A stretch of DNA of 64,000 nt from an uncultured Alphaproteobacteria bacterium (GCA_963794225.1 CAWCCS010000002.1:815547-879546); one strand, 5' to 3'; shown: positions 29,356 through 42,171, counted from the stretch's first letter. A program made the numbers and translations. The notes: generated from the sequence alone by a model not told the origin.

Positions 29356-29408
29356 CCTATTTTGTTACACACCGCCAAAATAATTCCCGGTTTTATACCG
29401 GCTATTTA

Positions 29409-30770
29409 CTAGGCGCCGCCAATTCCCATCGCATCGACGAAAGCGCGTCGCACCTCCGGCGGTTGGCCGTAGTGAAAGCGGAAATCCTTAAGGCGGAGAC
29501 TGAGAAGCGGGTGCTTCTCGAACTCAGCAAGCGGAACACCTTCGGTATTGAGCTCGCGCCCCATGTTCGGCAACGAAATACACTGCGCCGCATTGGCACT
29601 GCGGATGATGCCGGTGGGTTCGTTGCCAGCCGCCATCGCCTCTATCTCCGCAAAGAAGCGCTGACGCATCATCGTGATGCCGATGTCGCTCGACCGCAGA
29701 TTTTCCTTCGTGCGATCGGCGATGCGGCCCTGGCCGGTCCAGGCAACGATGTCCTGATTGATGATGTAGCTGGTGATGAGCCTCCCGTTTTCGTCTTTGA
29801 GCGGGCTTACCCAGGTTGGGACTTCCCGCTGGATGTAGGGCTCTCGGCCTTTTGGCACGCGCATGAAAAACCAGGCCACGCTCAGTGTATTTTCATCGTC
29901 GACCGGCACGCGCCATTCGAAATGGCTGCCGAGATAGAAACCGTTGGGCCACAAGGCAACGCGCCCGACGGTCCAATAGCGGTCTTCCTCGCTTTGACCT
30001 TCGCGCACGCGCTTGTAGACGAAGCCGTGCTCGAACTCCTCGAATTTCAGTTTGAGATGTTTTGGGGCGGCGTTGCTGTCGTTGCCGCGCTGCCGGCTGC
30101 CCCAATTGTCGTGCATCCACTCAAAATGCACGGGATCAATTGAGTTCTCCTGACACTGAAACCAATTACAGGGGACGTCCGCGAGTACGATCTCACGAAA
30201 GCCGTTGGGCCAGGTGAACGGCTCCCACACCGGCAGCTCAGGCGCAGGTTTCGGACCGAGATACGCAAAGACGAGGCCGGCGCATTCCTTGACCGGATAG
30301 GCTTTGGCGTCGCATCCGGCGCGCGATGGCTTCGGACTGGCAATGTCTTCGTAAGGCTGCTCCAAACAGCGGCCAGTCTCGTCCATCAACCAGCCATGAT
30401 AGCTGCAGCGGATGCCCGTCTCCTCCACCCACCCATAGGCGAGGTCGGCGCGCCGGTGCGGACAGTGGCGTTGGATGAGGCCATAGCGTCCATTGAGATC
30501 GCGGTAGAGCACCAAGTCCTCGCCCATAATGCGTACCGGCTTGATCGGATGGACCTCGAGCTCACTTGCGCCAGCAATGGGCTGCCAGTACCGGCGCAGC
30601 AGTTCGCCCATCGGCGTGCCGGCGCCGACGCGGGTGAGCATTTCGTTGCGTTCGGCGGTCAGCAAACCGTTTCTCCCTGGTCGGACGGGTTGTTCCTCGT
30701 CGGCGATTATCTCACTCCAGGCATCGCGTATGGAAGGCAGATGCCAGGGATTTTCCGGGGAATTATTCAA
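29409..30770 (-). CDS. Rieske (2Fe-2S) aromatic ring-hydroxylating / O-demethylating oxygenase alpha subunit
   Basis: 453 aa with the Rieske motif CPHRRADLAYGWVEETGIRCSYHGW. The C-terminal catalytic domain has HFEW..H-type iron ligands. No beta subunit or reductase gene is adjacent. Confidence 0.85.
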   Translation of the reverse strand: MNNSPENPWHLPSIRDAWSEIIADEEQPVRPGRNGLLTAERNEMLTRVGAGTPMGELLRRYWQPIAGASELEVHPIKPVRIMGEDLVLYRDLNGRYGLIQRHCPHRRADLAYGWVEETGIRCSYHGWLMDETGRCLEQPYEDIASPKPSRAGCDAKAYPVKECAGLVFAYLGPKPAPELPVWEPFTWPNGFREIVLADVPCNWFQCQENSIDPVHFEWMHDNWGSRQRGNDSNAAPKHLKLKFEEFEHGFVYKRVREGQSEEDRYWTVGRVALWPNGFYLGSHFEWRVPVDDENTLSVAWFFMRVPKGREPYIQREVPTWVSPLKDENGRLITSYIINQDIVAWTGQGRIADRTKENLRSSDIGITMMRQRFFAEIEAMAAGNEPTGIIRSANAAQCISLPNMGRELNTEGVPLAEFEKHPLLSLRLKDFRFHYGQPPEVRRAFVDAMGIGGA

Positions 30771-30844
30771 GCGGCAGAAAGACCGAAGAAGGGAGAGTGC
30801 TTGCTACTCAAAGATGCAATTATGTCATTATACAACTTAAACTA

Positions 30845-31063
30845 ATGGCTCTGGACGAACCCATAATTGATCAATTTGCGGCCACAATCGCCGAGACTTT
30901 GGCGCGCCACCGCATGGCGGGACCTCTCCGGGAGCTGCTGGTGGGCGAGCTGATGAGGGCGGTTGCAGAAGTGCTGGACCCGCTTGAATTCGAAAGCGGC
31001 GCGGCGATATTCGACGGCATTCATGAAGCAATTCCAAAAAGTGCACGCGGCGGCACATCATGA
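30845..31063 (+). CDS. Hypothetical small protein (72 aa)
   Basis: The ORF starts at ATG 30845 (MALDEPIIDQFAATIAETLARHRMAG...) with moderate GC3 and no recognisable motif. Confidence 0.3.
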   Translation: MALDEPIIDQFAATIAETLARHRMAGPLRELLVGELMRAVAEVLDPLEFESGAAIFDGIHEAIPKSARGGTS

Positions 31064-31154
31064 CGGCCCGCGTGGCTTCAGCAACTCCATCATTCGCTCA
31101 AATGGGAGATAATTATTTATCAGCTATTCAACCGTTTTCCTGTGTTATGCGACG

Positions 31155-31565
31155 ATGCGCGTGGAGCAACATGCCGGAAGCAGAGCGGAGTGGTTAGCCG
31201 CGGCGGTCAATAACGTCGGCGCGCGTAAGCTCCAGCGCTGGTCGATCCGGGCGCGGCGCGATGAACAGCACGCCAAAGCGGTCCGCACCGGCATCGTGCT
31301 GTCATTGTTCCTGGTGTTGCTCATGGCCGCGTTGTTGGTGGGCGGGCGGGCGCTGATAGACCCGCTGCTGCAATCGGCCGGGGCGGACCGTGAGGAGAAC
31401 CGGGTCGGCGAAATTGTCTACACGATGCCGGACGGAGCATTTTGTCGGCACCTCGCGTTCGACAATGTGACCGGGGAAGTCACCGAGCGAGCGGTCGAAC
31501 AATGCGATCAGAATATCGGCAGACGAACCCATGCCAAGGCAGGCTTTAGCTGGCATACCCGCTAA
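31155..31565 (+). CDS. Hypothetical membrane-anchored protein (136 aa)
   Basis: It has one central TM helix (GIVLSLFLVLLMAALLVGG) and coding-like GC3. I recognise no family. Confidence 0.4.
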   Translation: MRVEQHAGSRAEWLAAAVNNVGARKLQRWSIRARRDEQHAKAVRTGIVLSLFLVLLMAALLVGGRALIDPLLQSAGADREENRVGEIVYTMPDGAFCRHLAFDNVTGEVTERAVEQCDQNIGRRTHAKAGFSWHTR

Positions 31566-31802
31566 GACGCTGCGCACCCACGGCCGTTACAACCTACTGG
31601 CTAGTTGGAACCGCAAGCTGCGCACCTAAACGCGGCAGCCGCACCACGCGCGCAAGGGCTCCGGCTGAATAATATCTTTCGCCCGCCGCATCCCCTCAAT
31701 GAACCCACTTCTTTTCGGAAAACCGGTTTCCTCTTTTGCGGATCATGCTCTAGGGTGCGCCGCGGTTGGGAAGGCTATCTCTGCATCAGAGGGAAACCGG
31801 GT

Positions 31803-32093
31803 ATGGTGCGCAACGCGCGTCTTGTCTGTCGGCTGTTGTTGCCGGCCGGTCTAGTGCTTGTCGGCTTGGCGAGTGCGGCTGCTCAAGGAACTCCGGAACA
31901 ACGCCAGGCTTGCGCGCCGGATGCGATGCGGCTTTGTTCCGACTTTATTCCAGACGTGCCTAAAATCACGAAATGCATGGTCGCCAAGCATTCGCAGCTC
32001 AGCGAGGCGTGCCGCCATGCCATGGCTCACAAACACGTCGGGCATGTGCGTCGCAAACCCAAGGCGACTTGCGTGAGTTGGGGCTGCTCTTGA
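31803..32093 (+). CDS. Secreted cysteine-rich-repeat protein (96 aa)
   Basis: SD GAGGGA precedes the ATG at 31803, and a signal peptide is present. The block CAPDAMRLCSDFIPDVPKITKCMVAKHSQLSEAC fits the bacterial cysteine-rich repeat pattern C-x2-D-x4-C...C-x7-LS-x2-C. Confidence 0.6.
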   Translation: MVRNARLVCRLLLPAGLVLVGLASAAAQGTPEQRQACAPDAMRLCSDFIPDVPKITKCMVAKHSQLSEACRHAMAHKHVGHVRRKPKATCVSWGCS

Positions 32094-32257
32094 CTGCTTG
32101 ATGGACCTCCAGCCGGAAGTATGCGGACGCTGCGTTGCCTTCAGGCAATGTCGCACCGAGGACGCGATGGCTTGAGCGTTTTTGCTGGAAAATGCATTGT
32201 GTCGCTGTGGGAGACCGGGAAATCGGGCTGCCGGGGGCGGAGTTTGTAAGAGTCGCC

Positions 32258-33205
32258 ATGGCGTGCGCCACGCAGAAGGGCAAGTCGGCAGCCATAGTGG
32301 CGATATTGCAGCCGGCCATGCGCTGGGCAGGGCTGGGCGCGCTCATCGCGGTTGTTTTGGTCGCCGCATTTGCCTTTCCCAGAACGCAATCAACCGCGCA
32401 GACGATTGCGGGCGATGAAACACCCGTGCTCGCCGCCGATGTGGCGCTCGGCGAAGCCGTGCGCGCCGGCGACAAGACGGCGGCTCGGCGGCTGTTAGCG
32501 CTCCAATTCAGCTTCGTCGACGCCGACGGCAAGAACCACGTGCGCAGGGATTTTCTTTCCGATCTGAAGAGCCACGCCGCGGCGCCCGTCAGCGATGTGA
32601 AGGTGCGTGTTTATGGTCTGCTGGCGACGGTGACCGGTCATCGCATTTCACCGGGCGACACCGAGGTGTTCTCCCTCGATATCTGGGCCAAACAGAAGGG
32701 CACCTGGCGCGCATTGCTGATGCAGGAGGTCGTGACCGCCATGGCCGACACTCCGGTTGCTGCCTTTGGCGATGCCCCGCCAACCGAGCCGACGCAGATC
32801 GAATGCCGAAATCCGTGCCAGGCAATCCCTTATCGCGTCCGCTCTCCAGCCGAGCAAGAGATTGTCCTTACCTTCCAGGCCATTGAGAAAGCGGTTGTCG
32901 CCCACGATGCCCCTGAATGGGGAAAACATGTCGCAAACGAGTTCGTGCGCTATGGGACCGGCCAGACCCCAATAACGAAATCGGAGCGGATCACCGCGAT
33001 CGAGGATCAAAAAACAGCCAACCGCACAATCGCGGTCGGTGAAATTGAAACGATGCGGCTTGCGGTTTACGGCGATGGCGCGGCGATGACCGCGTTGCAG
33101 ACGCTGCCGGACAATTCGCGACCACCCTACCGAGCGGCTCGCATCTGGGTGCGCCGCAACGGTCAATGGCAGATGGCGATCAGTGTCCACACCGACGTCA
33201 AATAA
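32258..33205 (+). CDS. Membrane-anchored protein with two NTF2-like (DUF4440/SnoaL-like) domains
   Basis: An N-terminal TM (WAGLGALIAVVLVAAFAF) is followed by two similar modules (..FSFVDADGKNH..TWRALLMQ.. and ..FVRYGTGQTP..NGQWQMAIS). The start is uncertain, between 32135 and 32321. Confidence 0.6.
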   Translation: MACATQKGKSAAIVAILQPAMRWAGLGALIAVVLVAAFAFPRTQSTAQTIAGDETPVLAADVALGEAVRAGDKTAARRLLALQFSFVDADGKNHVRRDFLSDLKSHAAAPVSDVKVRVYGLLATVTGHRISPGDTEVFSLDIWAKQKGTWRALLMQEVVTAMADTPVAAFGDAPPTEPTQIECRNPCQAIPYRVRSPAEQEIVLTFQAIEKAVVAHDAPEWGKHVANEFVRYGTGQTPITKSERITAIEDQKTANRTIAVGEIETMRLAVYGDGAAMTALQTLPDNSRPPYRAARIWVRRNGQWQMAISVHTDVK

Positions 33206-33250
33206 CCTTCCGAGTCATTCCTGATACCGCAAAGCGACGGAAGGACGACG

Positions 33251-34222
33251 TCAGCTTTCCAGCCCCGTTGGCACGTTCTTGTTTTCGCTTTCGAGCTTCA
33301 TGCCGGCGGCAAGCGCCATGGTTTCGGCGAGCGCGGCAAAATCTTTCTGCAAATATTCCTCCGGATTCTTCTGCAACGTGGCGGCGCCGAAATGGCTTTG
33401 CAGCACTTCACGCGCGGCCGCCGTCACCGGCAGCGGCACATCGATGTCGCGGCCAAGCTCAAGACCGAGATCCAGATCTTTACGCAAAAGCTCGGGCGTA
33501 AACGTCGTAGTCCAGTCCAGATTGACCAGAGCCGGCGATTTATACGCCGTGAACATCGAGCCCATGGCGCTGTTGTTGAGGAACGCAAGCCAGGCGTGAC
33601 GCGGAACGCCCATCTTGTTGGTCAGGAGCGTCATTTCGATCAGATTCTCGATAATCACGCCGAGCATGACGTTGTGGGCAATCTTGCAAACGCGTGCGAG
33701 TTCACCGCCGCCGACATAGGAAACCCCACGCGGGGCAAAGACCTCGATCAGCGGCATCACCGATTTGCAGGTTGCCTCTTCGCCCGAAACGACAGCGGAG
33801 AGCTTGCCCGCTTTGATCACTTTTGCGTTGCCGCTGACTGGTGCGGCGACGAAATTGGAGCCGAGCTGCTTCAGCTTCTCGCGGATCGCGGCCGATTCCT
33901 CGACGGCGATGGTAGAGCAATCGACCACCGTCGGAGGCACCTTGCCGCCCTGGCTGCAGACGCCGTTTTTGCCGTACAGCACTTCCTGAACATCCTTGCC
34001 GGTGGCGACGATGGAGAACAGCACATCGACGTTCTTTAATTCGGAGAGGTGATCGACCAGCTTACCGCCGGCTTTCGCAAGCGGCTCGGCCTTGGCGCGG
34101 GTCCGATTCCAGATGGTGACGTCATAGCCGGCCTTGATCAGCCGCTCGGCCATGGGGGTGCCCATGCGGCCGGCGCCGATCCAGCCGATCTTCGGTTTGT
34201 TGTCCTTCCCGTTCGCAGCCAT
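33251..34222 (-). CDS. NAD(P)-dependent beta-hydroxyacid dehydrogenase family oxidoreductase
   Basis: 323 aa with KIGWIGAGRMGTPMAERL (Rossmann fold). It is HIBADH-like along the full length and is a paralogue type of 2337..3218. Confidence 0.8.
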   Translation of the reverse strand: MAANGKDNKPKIGWIGAGRMGTPMAERLIKAGYDVTIWNRTRAKAEPLAKAGGKLVDHLSELKNVDVLFSIVATGKDVQEVLYGKNGVCSQGGKVPPTVVDCSTIAVEESAAIREKLKQLGSNFVAAPVSGNAKVIKAGKLSAVVSGEEATCKSVMPLIEVFAPRGVSYVGGGELARVCKIAHNVMLGVIIENLIEMTLLTNKMGVPRHAWLAFLNNSAMGSMFTAYKSPALVNLDWTTTFTPELLRKDLDLGLELGRDIDVPLPVTAAAREVLQSHFGAATLQKNPEEYLQKDFAALAETMALAAGMKLESENKNVPTGLES

Positions 34223-34328
34223 GCCAAGCTCCTGTTTTGTCGGGGCTCTCTTAACACAGGACGCGAAAGCTTGTCCGCGAGCAGAACGGCCCAGCTATCG
34301 CACCGTGTCAACGTCAGCTTTGCTTTTC

Positions 34329-34357
34329 TTGACAGAGGTTTACCGGCCCGTCATAAG
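34329..34357 (+). promoter_or_regulatory. Candidate sigma-70 promoter for rplU-rpmA
   Basis: TTGACA-N17-CATAAG lies about 130 nt upstream of rplU. Confidence 0.35.
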
Positions 34358-34485
34358 GACGCGGGCCTCGCTGGGCGGACGTTAATGTTTGCCGGCGCGG
34401 GCCTCAAATCCACCAGCAGAATTGACTGCAAAAAGCCGGTCCGGATGCATTTTCCGAGCACCGGGATCGAACACGAGGACAAAAG

Positions 34486-35001
34486 ATGTTCGCGGTCTTC
34501 AAAACAGGCGGCAAGCAGTACCGGGTGGCCGCCGAGGACGTGCTCAAGATCGAAAAGGTCAAGGGCGAGCCCGGTGAGATTGTCGAGTTCGGCGAGGTTT
34601 TGGTCGTCGGCGGCGATACCGTGACGCTCGGCGCCCCAATTGTCGCCGGCGCGACCGTCGCCGCCGAAGTCCTCGACCAAGCGCGCGGGCCGAAGATCAT
34701 CGCGTTCAAGAAGCGGCGGAGAAAGAACTCGCGCCGCAAACGCGGCCATCGCCAGGAGTTTACGCTCCTGCGCATCACCGAGATTCTCACCGACGGCAAG
34801 AAACCGAGCAAAACCCCGCCGCCGCGGCCGAAGCGCGCTGCGGCACCTAAAGTCGACGCCGAGACGGCTGCCGCTGGCGAGGCAACGGATACTGAAACAC
34901 CGGAAGGCGCCGCAGCTCGGAAACCGAAAGCGAAGGCCAAAGCAAAAAAGCCGGCGGCGAAGACGAAGAACGCGCCGCCGAAGAGCAGGACTAAAAAATG
35001 A
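34486..35001 (+). CDS. rplU: 50S ribosomal protein L21 with about 70-aa Lys/Ala/Pro-rich C-terminal extension
   Basis: Starts [24 protein letters not shown]... The core ends near [13 protein letters not shown], and the tail is [18 protein letters not shown]...[14 protein letters not shown]. Confidence 0.95.
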   Translation: MFAVFKTGGKQYRVAAEDVLKIEKVKGEPGEIVEFGEVLVVGGDTVTLGAPIVAGATVAAEVLDQARGPKIIAFKKRRRKNSRRKRGHRQEFTLLRITEILTDGKKPSKTPPPRPKRAAAPKVDAETAAAGEATDTETPEGAAARKPKAKAKAKKPAAKTKNAPPKSRTKK

Positions 35002-35064
35002 CCGGATGTGGTGATGCTTTTGTCACAAATCCGGTATAGGTAACGGTCAAGGAAGGTTTGGGCG

Positions 35065-35340
35065 ATGGCTCACAAAAAAGCAGGCGGATCCTCGCGTAAC
35101 GGCCGCGATTCAGGCGGTCAGCGCTTGGGAATCAAGATTTTCGGCGGCGAAGAGGTCGTTGCCGGCAACATTATCGCGCGCCAACGCGGCACCAAGTGGC
35201 ACGCCGGCCGCAATGTCGGTGTCGGCCGGGACCATACCCTGTTCGCCCTGGTCAACGGTCATGTTGAGTTCCGTAGCAAATCCCAGGGCCGCATCTTCGT
35301 ATCCGTACTTCCGATGACGGAGGCAGCTGCGGCCCAGTAA
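35065..35340 (+). CDS. rpmA: 50S ribosomal protein L27
   Basis: Starts [48 protein letters not shown]... Confidence 0.97.
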   Translation: MAHKKAGGSSRNGRDSGGQRLGIKIFGGEEVVAGNIIARQRGTKWHAGRNVGVGRDHTLFALVNGHVEFRSKSQGRIFVSVLPMTEAAAAQ

Positions 35341-35402
35341 CACGGTGGATCATAGTTTGAGTCCGCCGGCATCCAGTCCAACCGGCGGGCCCAAATGGGC
35401 TT

Positions 35403-35446
35403 CGAAAAGGGGGAGACGCTTGCCGGCTCCCCCTTTCGATTTCTTT
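35403..35446 (+). terminator. Intrinsic terminator after rpmA
   Basis: A 10-bp perfect stem AAAGGGGGAG/CTCCCCCTTT with an 11-nt loop is followed by CGATTTCTTTG. Confidence 0.75.
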
Positions 35447-35459
35447 GCAGGAGCCCGTG

Positions 35460-36056
35460 ATGACCCTGTTGGAAGGCATCGTCGATCAGACCCGGCGGGA
35501 ATATGCCCTTCCCGTTCTCGAGACCGAGCGACTGTTGTTGCGTGCGCCGCATTGTGGGGACGTAAAGGCGATCGCCGCGCTCGCCGACGACCGCCGCATT
35601 GCTGCAAACACCGCCCGCATTCCGCATCCGTACAGTGTCGCGGACGCCGAGGAGTTCATTGGGGCGGTCAATCAGCGGGATAGCGAAGTCTGCTTCGTCA
35701 TCATGTGCGGTGAGCGGCTGATCGGCGCTTGCGGCCTCGATCCTCACGAGGACGGGCCAGAGTTGGGTTACTGGCTTGGGGCACCTTATTGGGGCCGCGG
35801 CTTTGCTACGGAAGCCGCGCGCGCGGTTATCGATTACGCTTTCGGCGATCTCGAACATGAAACGATCCGGGCCGGTGCACGCATCAACAATCCGGCGTCG
35901 CGCCGCGTGCTGGAAAAGTGCGCCTTCCAATGGATCGGTGTGCGGCTCACCCGCATCCGCTCCATCAATTCGGCTGCGCCGGTCGATCGCTTCCGCCTCG
36001 ATCGCGGGTTGTGGGCGTCGCTTAAGGCGTGGGGGCCGACCCGGCAGGTGGCGTAA
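35460..36056 (+). CDS. GNAT-family (RimJ/RimL-like) N-acetyltransferase
   Basis: Contains LETERLLLRAP...ELGYWLGAPYWGRGFATEAARAVIDYAF. GGAG lies 6 nt before the ATG at 35460. The track start at 35445 is a TTG. Confidence 0.8.
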   Translation: MTLLEGIVDQTRREYALPVLETERLLLRAPHCGDVKAIAALADDRRIAANTARIPHPYSVADAEEFIGAVNQRDSEVCFVIMCGERLIGACGLDPHEDGPELGYWLGAPYWGRGFATEAARAVIDYAFGDLEHETIRAGARINNPASRRVLEKCAFQWIGVRLTRIRSINSAAPVDRFRLDRGLWASLKAWGPTRQVA

Positions 36057-36057
36057 T

Positions 36058-38602
<2,545 letters not shown>

Positions 38603-38693
38603 TTGGGCGCGCGGGCGCCTCACTCAGAATGCGCTTTGAGGCCCACGCGCTGGGTTGTTTGGAATAGCCCGCGCTAACCGCTACATTAGCCGC

Positions 38694-40043
38694 ATGTTTG
38701 GTCTGCCACGAACAACTCATCGGCCGCGCAATGTGCGGCTCGATACGCTGGTGCGCCTGCGCTGGTTGGCCATCTTTGGTCAGGTCGCGGGCATCCTGGT
38801 GGTGCATTTCGGCCTTGAGTTCACCGTCCCGGTTTGGCCCTGTTTGGGCGTGATTGCGCTGTCGGCCCTGCTCAACGTGGCGCTCCGCTTCAGTTTCCAG
38901 AAAGCGCAATGGCTGGAGCCGGACCGTGCCGCGTACGTGTTGGCCTTCGACATCGGCGAGCTCACGGCGTTGCTCTTTCTGACCGGCGGTCTGCAGAATC
39001 CGTTTTGTTTCATGATGCTCGGGCCGGTGCTGATCGCAGCGACTGCGTTGCCGCCGCGCATGACTCTGGTGATCGGCGTTTTCGCCGTGGTGTGCACCAC
39101 ACTCCTCGTGTTCTTTCACTATCAGCTTCCGTGGGAGGCCGAAGAGCCGCTGGAGCTGCCGGAGACCTATGTCGTCGGTGTCTGGCTCTCGATCCTGCTG
39201 TCGATCGGCTATATTGGCGTCTATACGTGGCAGGTCGCCGAGGAAGCGCGACAGCTTTCAGATGCGCTCGCCGCCACCGAATTGGTATTGGCGCGCGAAC
39301 AGCACCTCTCCCAGCTCGATGGGCTTGCCGCCGCGGCAGCGCACGAACTCGGTACGCCGCTTGCTACCATCACACTTGTCGCGCGCGAGCTTGAGCGCGC
39401 GCTCGAGCCAAATTCCCCGCATACGGACGACGTGAACCTTTTGCGCGAGCAGGCGCGGCGCTGTCGCGAGATTCTCGCCAAGATCACCGAATTGCCGACC
39501 GCGGAGCCGTTCGACCATACGCCGCTGTCTGCGCTGATCGAGGAGGCCGTGGCGCCACATCGTAATTTTGGCGTGTCGCTGACAGTGAAACTGCCACTCG
39601 ATCGCACTGCGGAGCCGGCTGGCACTCGCAATCCGGCCATTCGCTACGGTCTCGGCAATTTGACCGAAAACGCAGTGGATTTTGCCAACGCGCGGGTGGA
39701 AGTAGACGCGCGATGGACTGCGGACGAGGTCAGCATCACGATCAGCGACGATGGGCCCGGCTTTTCTCCCGAAGTCCTGGATCGGATCGGCGCCCCCTAT
39801 GTCACCCACCGGCGGCCGGAAACACGCGGCCCCGGCGAAGATGAAGACAGCGGCTTTGGCCTCGGGCTTGGATTCTTCATTGCCAAAACATTACTGGAGC
39901 GGTCCGGCGCCACGCTGACACTGACAAACCAGGCGCCGCCGCTGCACGGGGCCACGATCACGGTCACGTGGAGGCGCGCGGAATTTGAACAGCCGACCGT
40001 TGCTGCCGCGCGACCCCTTGAGCCGGCAACGGTCGCGTCCTAG
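38694..40043 (+). CDS. regB: Redox-responsive sensor histidine kinase RegB/PrrB/ActS
   Basis: TM region with the quinone-site motif GGLQNPF, H-box AAAHELGTPL, a redox cysteine context REQARRCREIL, and an ATPase G-box GFGLGLGFFIAK. Confidence 0.9.
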   Translation: MFGLPRTTHRPRNVRLDTLVRLRWLAIFGQVAGILVVHFGLEFTVPVWPCLGVIALSALLNVALRFSFQKAQWLEPDRAAYVLAFDIGELTALLFLTGGLQNPFCFMMLGPVLIAATALPPRMTLVIGVFAVVCTTLLVFFHYQLPWEAEEPLELPETYVVGVWLSILLSIGYIGVYTWQVAEEARQLSDALAATELVLAREQHLSQLDGLAAAAAHELGTPLATITLVARELERALEPNSPHTDDVNLLREQARRCREILAKITELPTAEPFDHTPLSALIEEAVAPHRNFGVSLTVKLPLDRTAEPAGTRNPAIRYGLGNLTENAVDFANARVEVDARWTADEVSITISDDGPGFSPEVLDRIGAPYVTHRRPETRGPGEDEDSGFGLGLGFFIAKTLLERSGATLTLTNQAPPLHGATITVTWRRAEFEQPTVAAARPLEPATVAS

Positions 40044-40083
40044 TTATTAGGTACCGAGGGGGTGCTGTGGAGTATAAATTGCC

Positions 40084-40671
40084 ATGACCCACGCCTTAAC
40101 CACCGCTATATCGGCTGACAGCCGTTCGCCCAATTCCACAATTCCGAGTGAGCGTTCGCTGCTGATTGTGGAAGACGACGTATCGTTCCTGCAGCGCCTG
40201 GCGCGCGCGATGGAAGGCCGCGGCTTTGTCGTGACCACGGCTGAGTCGGTCGCCGACGGTCTGCTCCAGGTCGAGAAAGCCGCTCCCGCCTTCGCGGTCG
40301 TCGACATGCGGCTCGGCGACGGTAACGGCCTTGACGTCATTTCCGCCATGAAAAGGCGCCGGCCGGAAGCGCGCGCCATCATCCTCACCGGCTACGGCAA
40401 TATCGCGACTGCGGTCAACGCAGTTAAGCTCGGCGCCGTCGACTACCTTGCCAAGCCCGTCGATGCCGATGACGTCGCGGCCGCGCTGCTCGCGCTCGAC
40501 AACAAGAAAATCGCGCCGCCGGAAAATCCGATGTCGGCGGACCGCGTGCGCTGGGAGCACATCCAGCGCATCTACGAATTATGCGGCCGCAACGTTTCCG
40601 AAACCGCGCGCCGTCTCAACATGCATCGGCGAACGTTGCAGCGCATCCTCGCCAAGCGCGCGCCGAAATAA
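40084..40671 (+). CDS. regA: Response regulator RegA/PrrA/ActR
   Basis: Receiver domain (LLIVEDD...AVVDMRLGDGNGL) plus a C-terminal Fis-type HTH (NVSETARRLNMHRRTLQRIL). Confidence 0.93.
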   Translation: MTHALTTAISADSRSPNSTIPSERSLLIVEDDVSFLQRLARAMEGRGFVVTTAESVADGLLQVEKAAPAFAVVDMRLGDGNGLDVISAMKRRRPEARAIILTGYGNIATAVNAVKLGAVDYLAKPVDADDVAAALLALDNKKIAPPENPMSADRVRWEHIQRIYELCGRNVSETARRLNMHRRTLQRILAKRAPK

Positions 40672-40682
40672 ATCGCGTTGGT

Positions 40683-41600
40683 TTATCGCGCGACATTGGC
40701 ACCGAGCGGACGTCCCTTAGCGTAATCCGTCAGGCCCGCCGCGAGGCGATCGAATAGCAAGCGCAGGCGGCGCGTTGCTTTCAAGTCCTCGTGCATAACG
40801 AGCCAGATTTCCAACGCATATTGAATGGCGTTAGGCAGCACGGCGACGAGCTCTGGCGAACGCCGCGCGATATTCTCCTGGCAGCCCCCGATGCCAACGC
40901 CGGCGCGCAGCGCGGCAAGTTGCGCGAGATCGCTGTCGCAACGGAAGCCAAAATCCTCACGCGTCAGCCGCTGGGCAAAATCGCCCGCGGCGCGAAATGA
41001 ACGGTTGTCGCGGTCGAACCCAATCACGCAGTGACTTGGCAGGTCCGCGAGCGAAAGCGGTTTACCGAAGCGCGCGAGATAATCGCGGTGCGCATAAAGG
41101 CTGATACGCGCGGCCCCGATGCGCCGCGCGAATAGACCGCTTTGCGTCGGCCGCACCATGCGCACGGCAATGTCGGCGTCGCGGCGCGCCAGATCCTCGT
41201 TGCGATTGGTCAGCGCGAGTTCGACCGCGATGCCAGGATGCGCCGCGCGGAAGGCGGCGAGGATCGGCGGCAACACTTCGCAGCCGACAACGTCGCTTGC
41301 CGTGACCCGCACCACGCCGCGGTCGGCTGCGGCCTCGCCCGATGCGGCGCGCGCCAGAGCTACGGCAGAAGCGGCCATCGCTTCGGCGTGCGGCGCCAAC
41401 GCCAACGCTGCGGTCGTCGGGGTGAGACCGCGCGGCGAGCGCGTGAACAGCGCCAAACCCAACGCCGCTTCAAGCGCATCAATGTGGCGGCCGACCGTCG
41501 GCTGGGTGAGACCAAGCTTCCGCGCGGCCCCGGACAGGCTGCCATCGTGCACGACCTCGACGAAGGTACGCAATTCATCCCAAGTTGGCGCGCGTATCAT
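40683..41600 (-). CDS. LysR-family transcriptional regulator
   Basis: 305 aa with the N-terminal wHTH LRTFVEVVHDGSLSGAARKLGLTQPTVGRHIDALE. It is divergent from the DUF4260/MBL pair. Confidence 0.9.
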   Translation of the reverse strand: MIRAPTWDELRTFVEVVHDGSLSGAARKLGLTQPTVGRHIDALEAALGLALFTRSPRGLTPTTAALALAPHAEAMAASAVALARAASGEAAADRGVVRVTASDVVGCEVLPPILAAFRAAHPGIAVELALTNRNEDLARRDADIAVRMVRPTQSGLFARRIGAARISLYAHRDYLARFGKPLSLADLPSHCVIGFDRDNRSFRAAGDFAQRLTREDFGFRCDSDLAQLAALRAGVGIGGCQENIARRSPELVAVLPNAIQYALEIWLVMHEDLKATRRLRLLFDRLAAGLTDYAKGRPLGANVAR

Positions 41601-41706
41601 ACGAAAATGTATAGCTAACCGACGAAAATATGCAATTCCGGTTATTGAGTTTGGGGTCTACCTAGAGGGCGTTCGCTCAATTTCGCCAACGCACCACGAG
41701 AGACCC

Positions 41707-42147
41707 ATGACCGCACCCACTCTTGTCTCTGCGCTCGCCATCGACCCGACACCCTCGATGGCACCCGCCGAACGCGGGTTCGTCACCGGCGGTGTCCGCC
41801 TCCTCCTGCGGCTCGAAGGATGTGCCGCATTCGCAGCCGCGCTTGCGGTCTATTGGCAGAACGACTTCTCCTGGCTCGCCTTTGCGCTGTTCTTTCTGGC
41901 GCCTGACATTGCGATGCTCGCCTATCTCGCCGGACCGCGGGCCGGCGCGCTCGGTTACAATGTCGCGCACACCTACATCGCGCCGCTTGCGCTCGCACTG
42001 TTAGGCTTATTTGGCGGCCTGCCTTTCGCCGCAGCCGGCGGCCTTATTTGGATCGCCCACATCGGCTTCGACCGTGCGCTCGGCTACGGCCTGAAATATC
42101 CAACCGCGTTCGGCGACACCCACCTCGGCGGCACTGGCCGGCGCTAA
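41707..42147 (+). CDS. DUF4260-family membrane protein
   Basis: Contains RLEGCAAFAAALAVYW...FLAPDIAMLAYL...GYNVAHTYIAP...HIGFDRALGYGLKYPTAFGDTHLG. Only the last 146 codons of the 342-aa track ORF are credible; the rest is antisense to LysR. Confidence 0.7.
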   Translation: MTAPTLVSALAIDPTPSMAPAERGFVTGGVRLLLRLEGCAAFAAALAVYWQNDFSWLAFALFFLAPDIAMLAYLAGPRAGALGYNVAHTYIAPLALALLGLFGGLPFAAAGGLIWIAHIGFDRALGYGLKYPTAFGDTHLGGTGRR

Positions 42148-42171
42148 CCCCTACCCTTCGGGAGAAACATC

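Noticed and set aside
41119-41706. The upstream 196 codons of the 342-aa plus-strand ORF 41119..42147.
   Set aside because: This part is antisense to the LysR gene and is Arg/Ala/Ser-rich. Only the DUF4260-like portion from ATG 41707 looks like a real protein.
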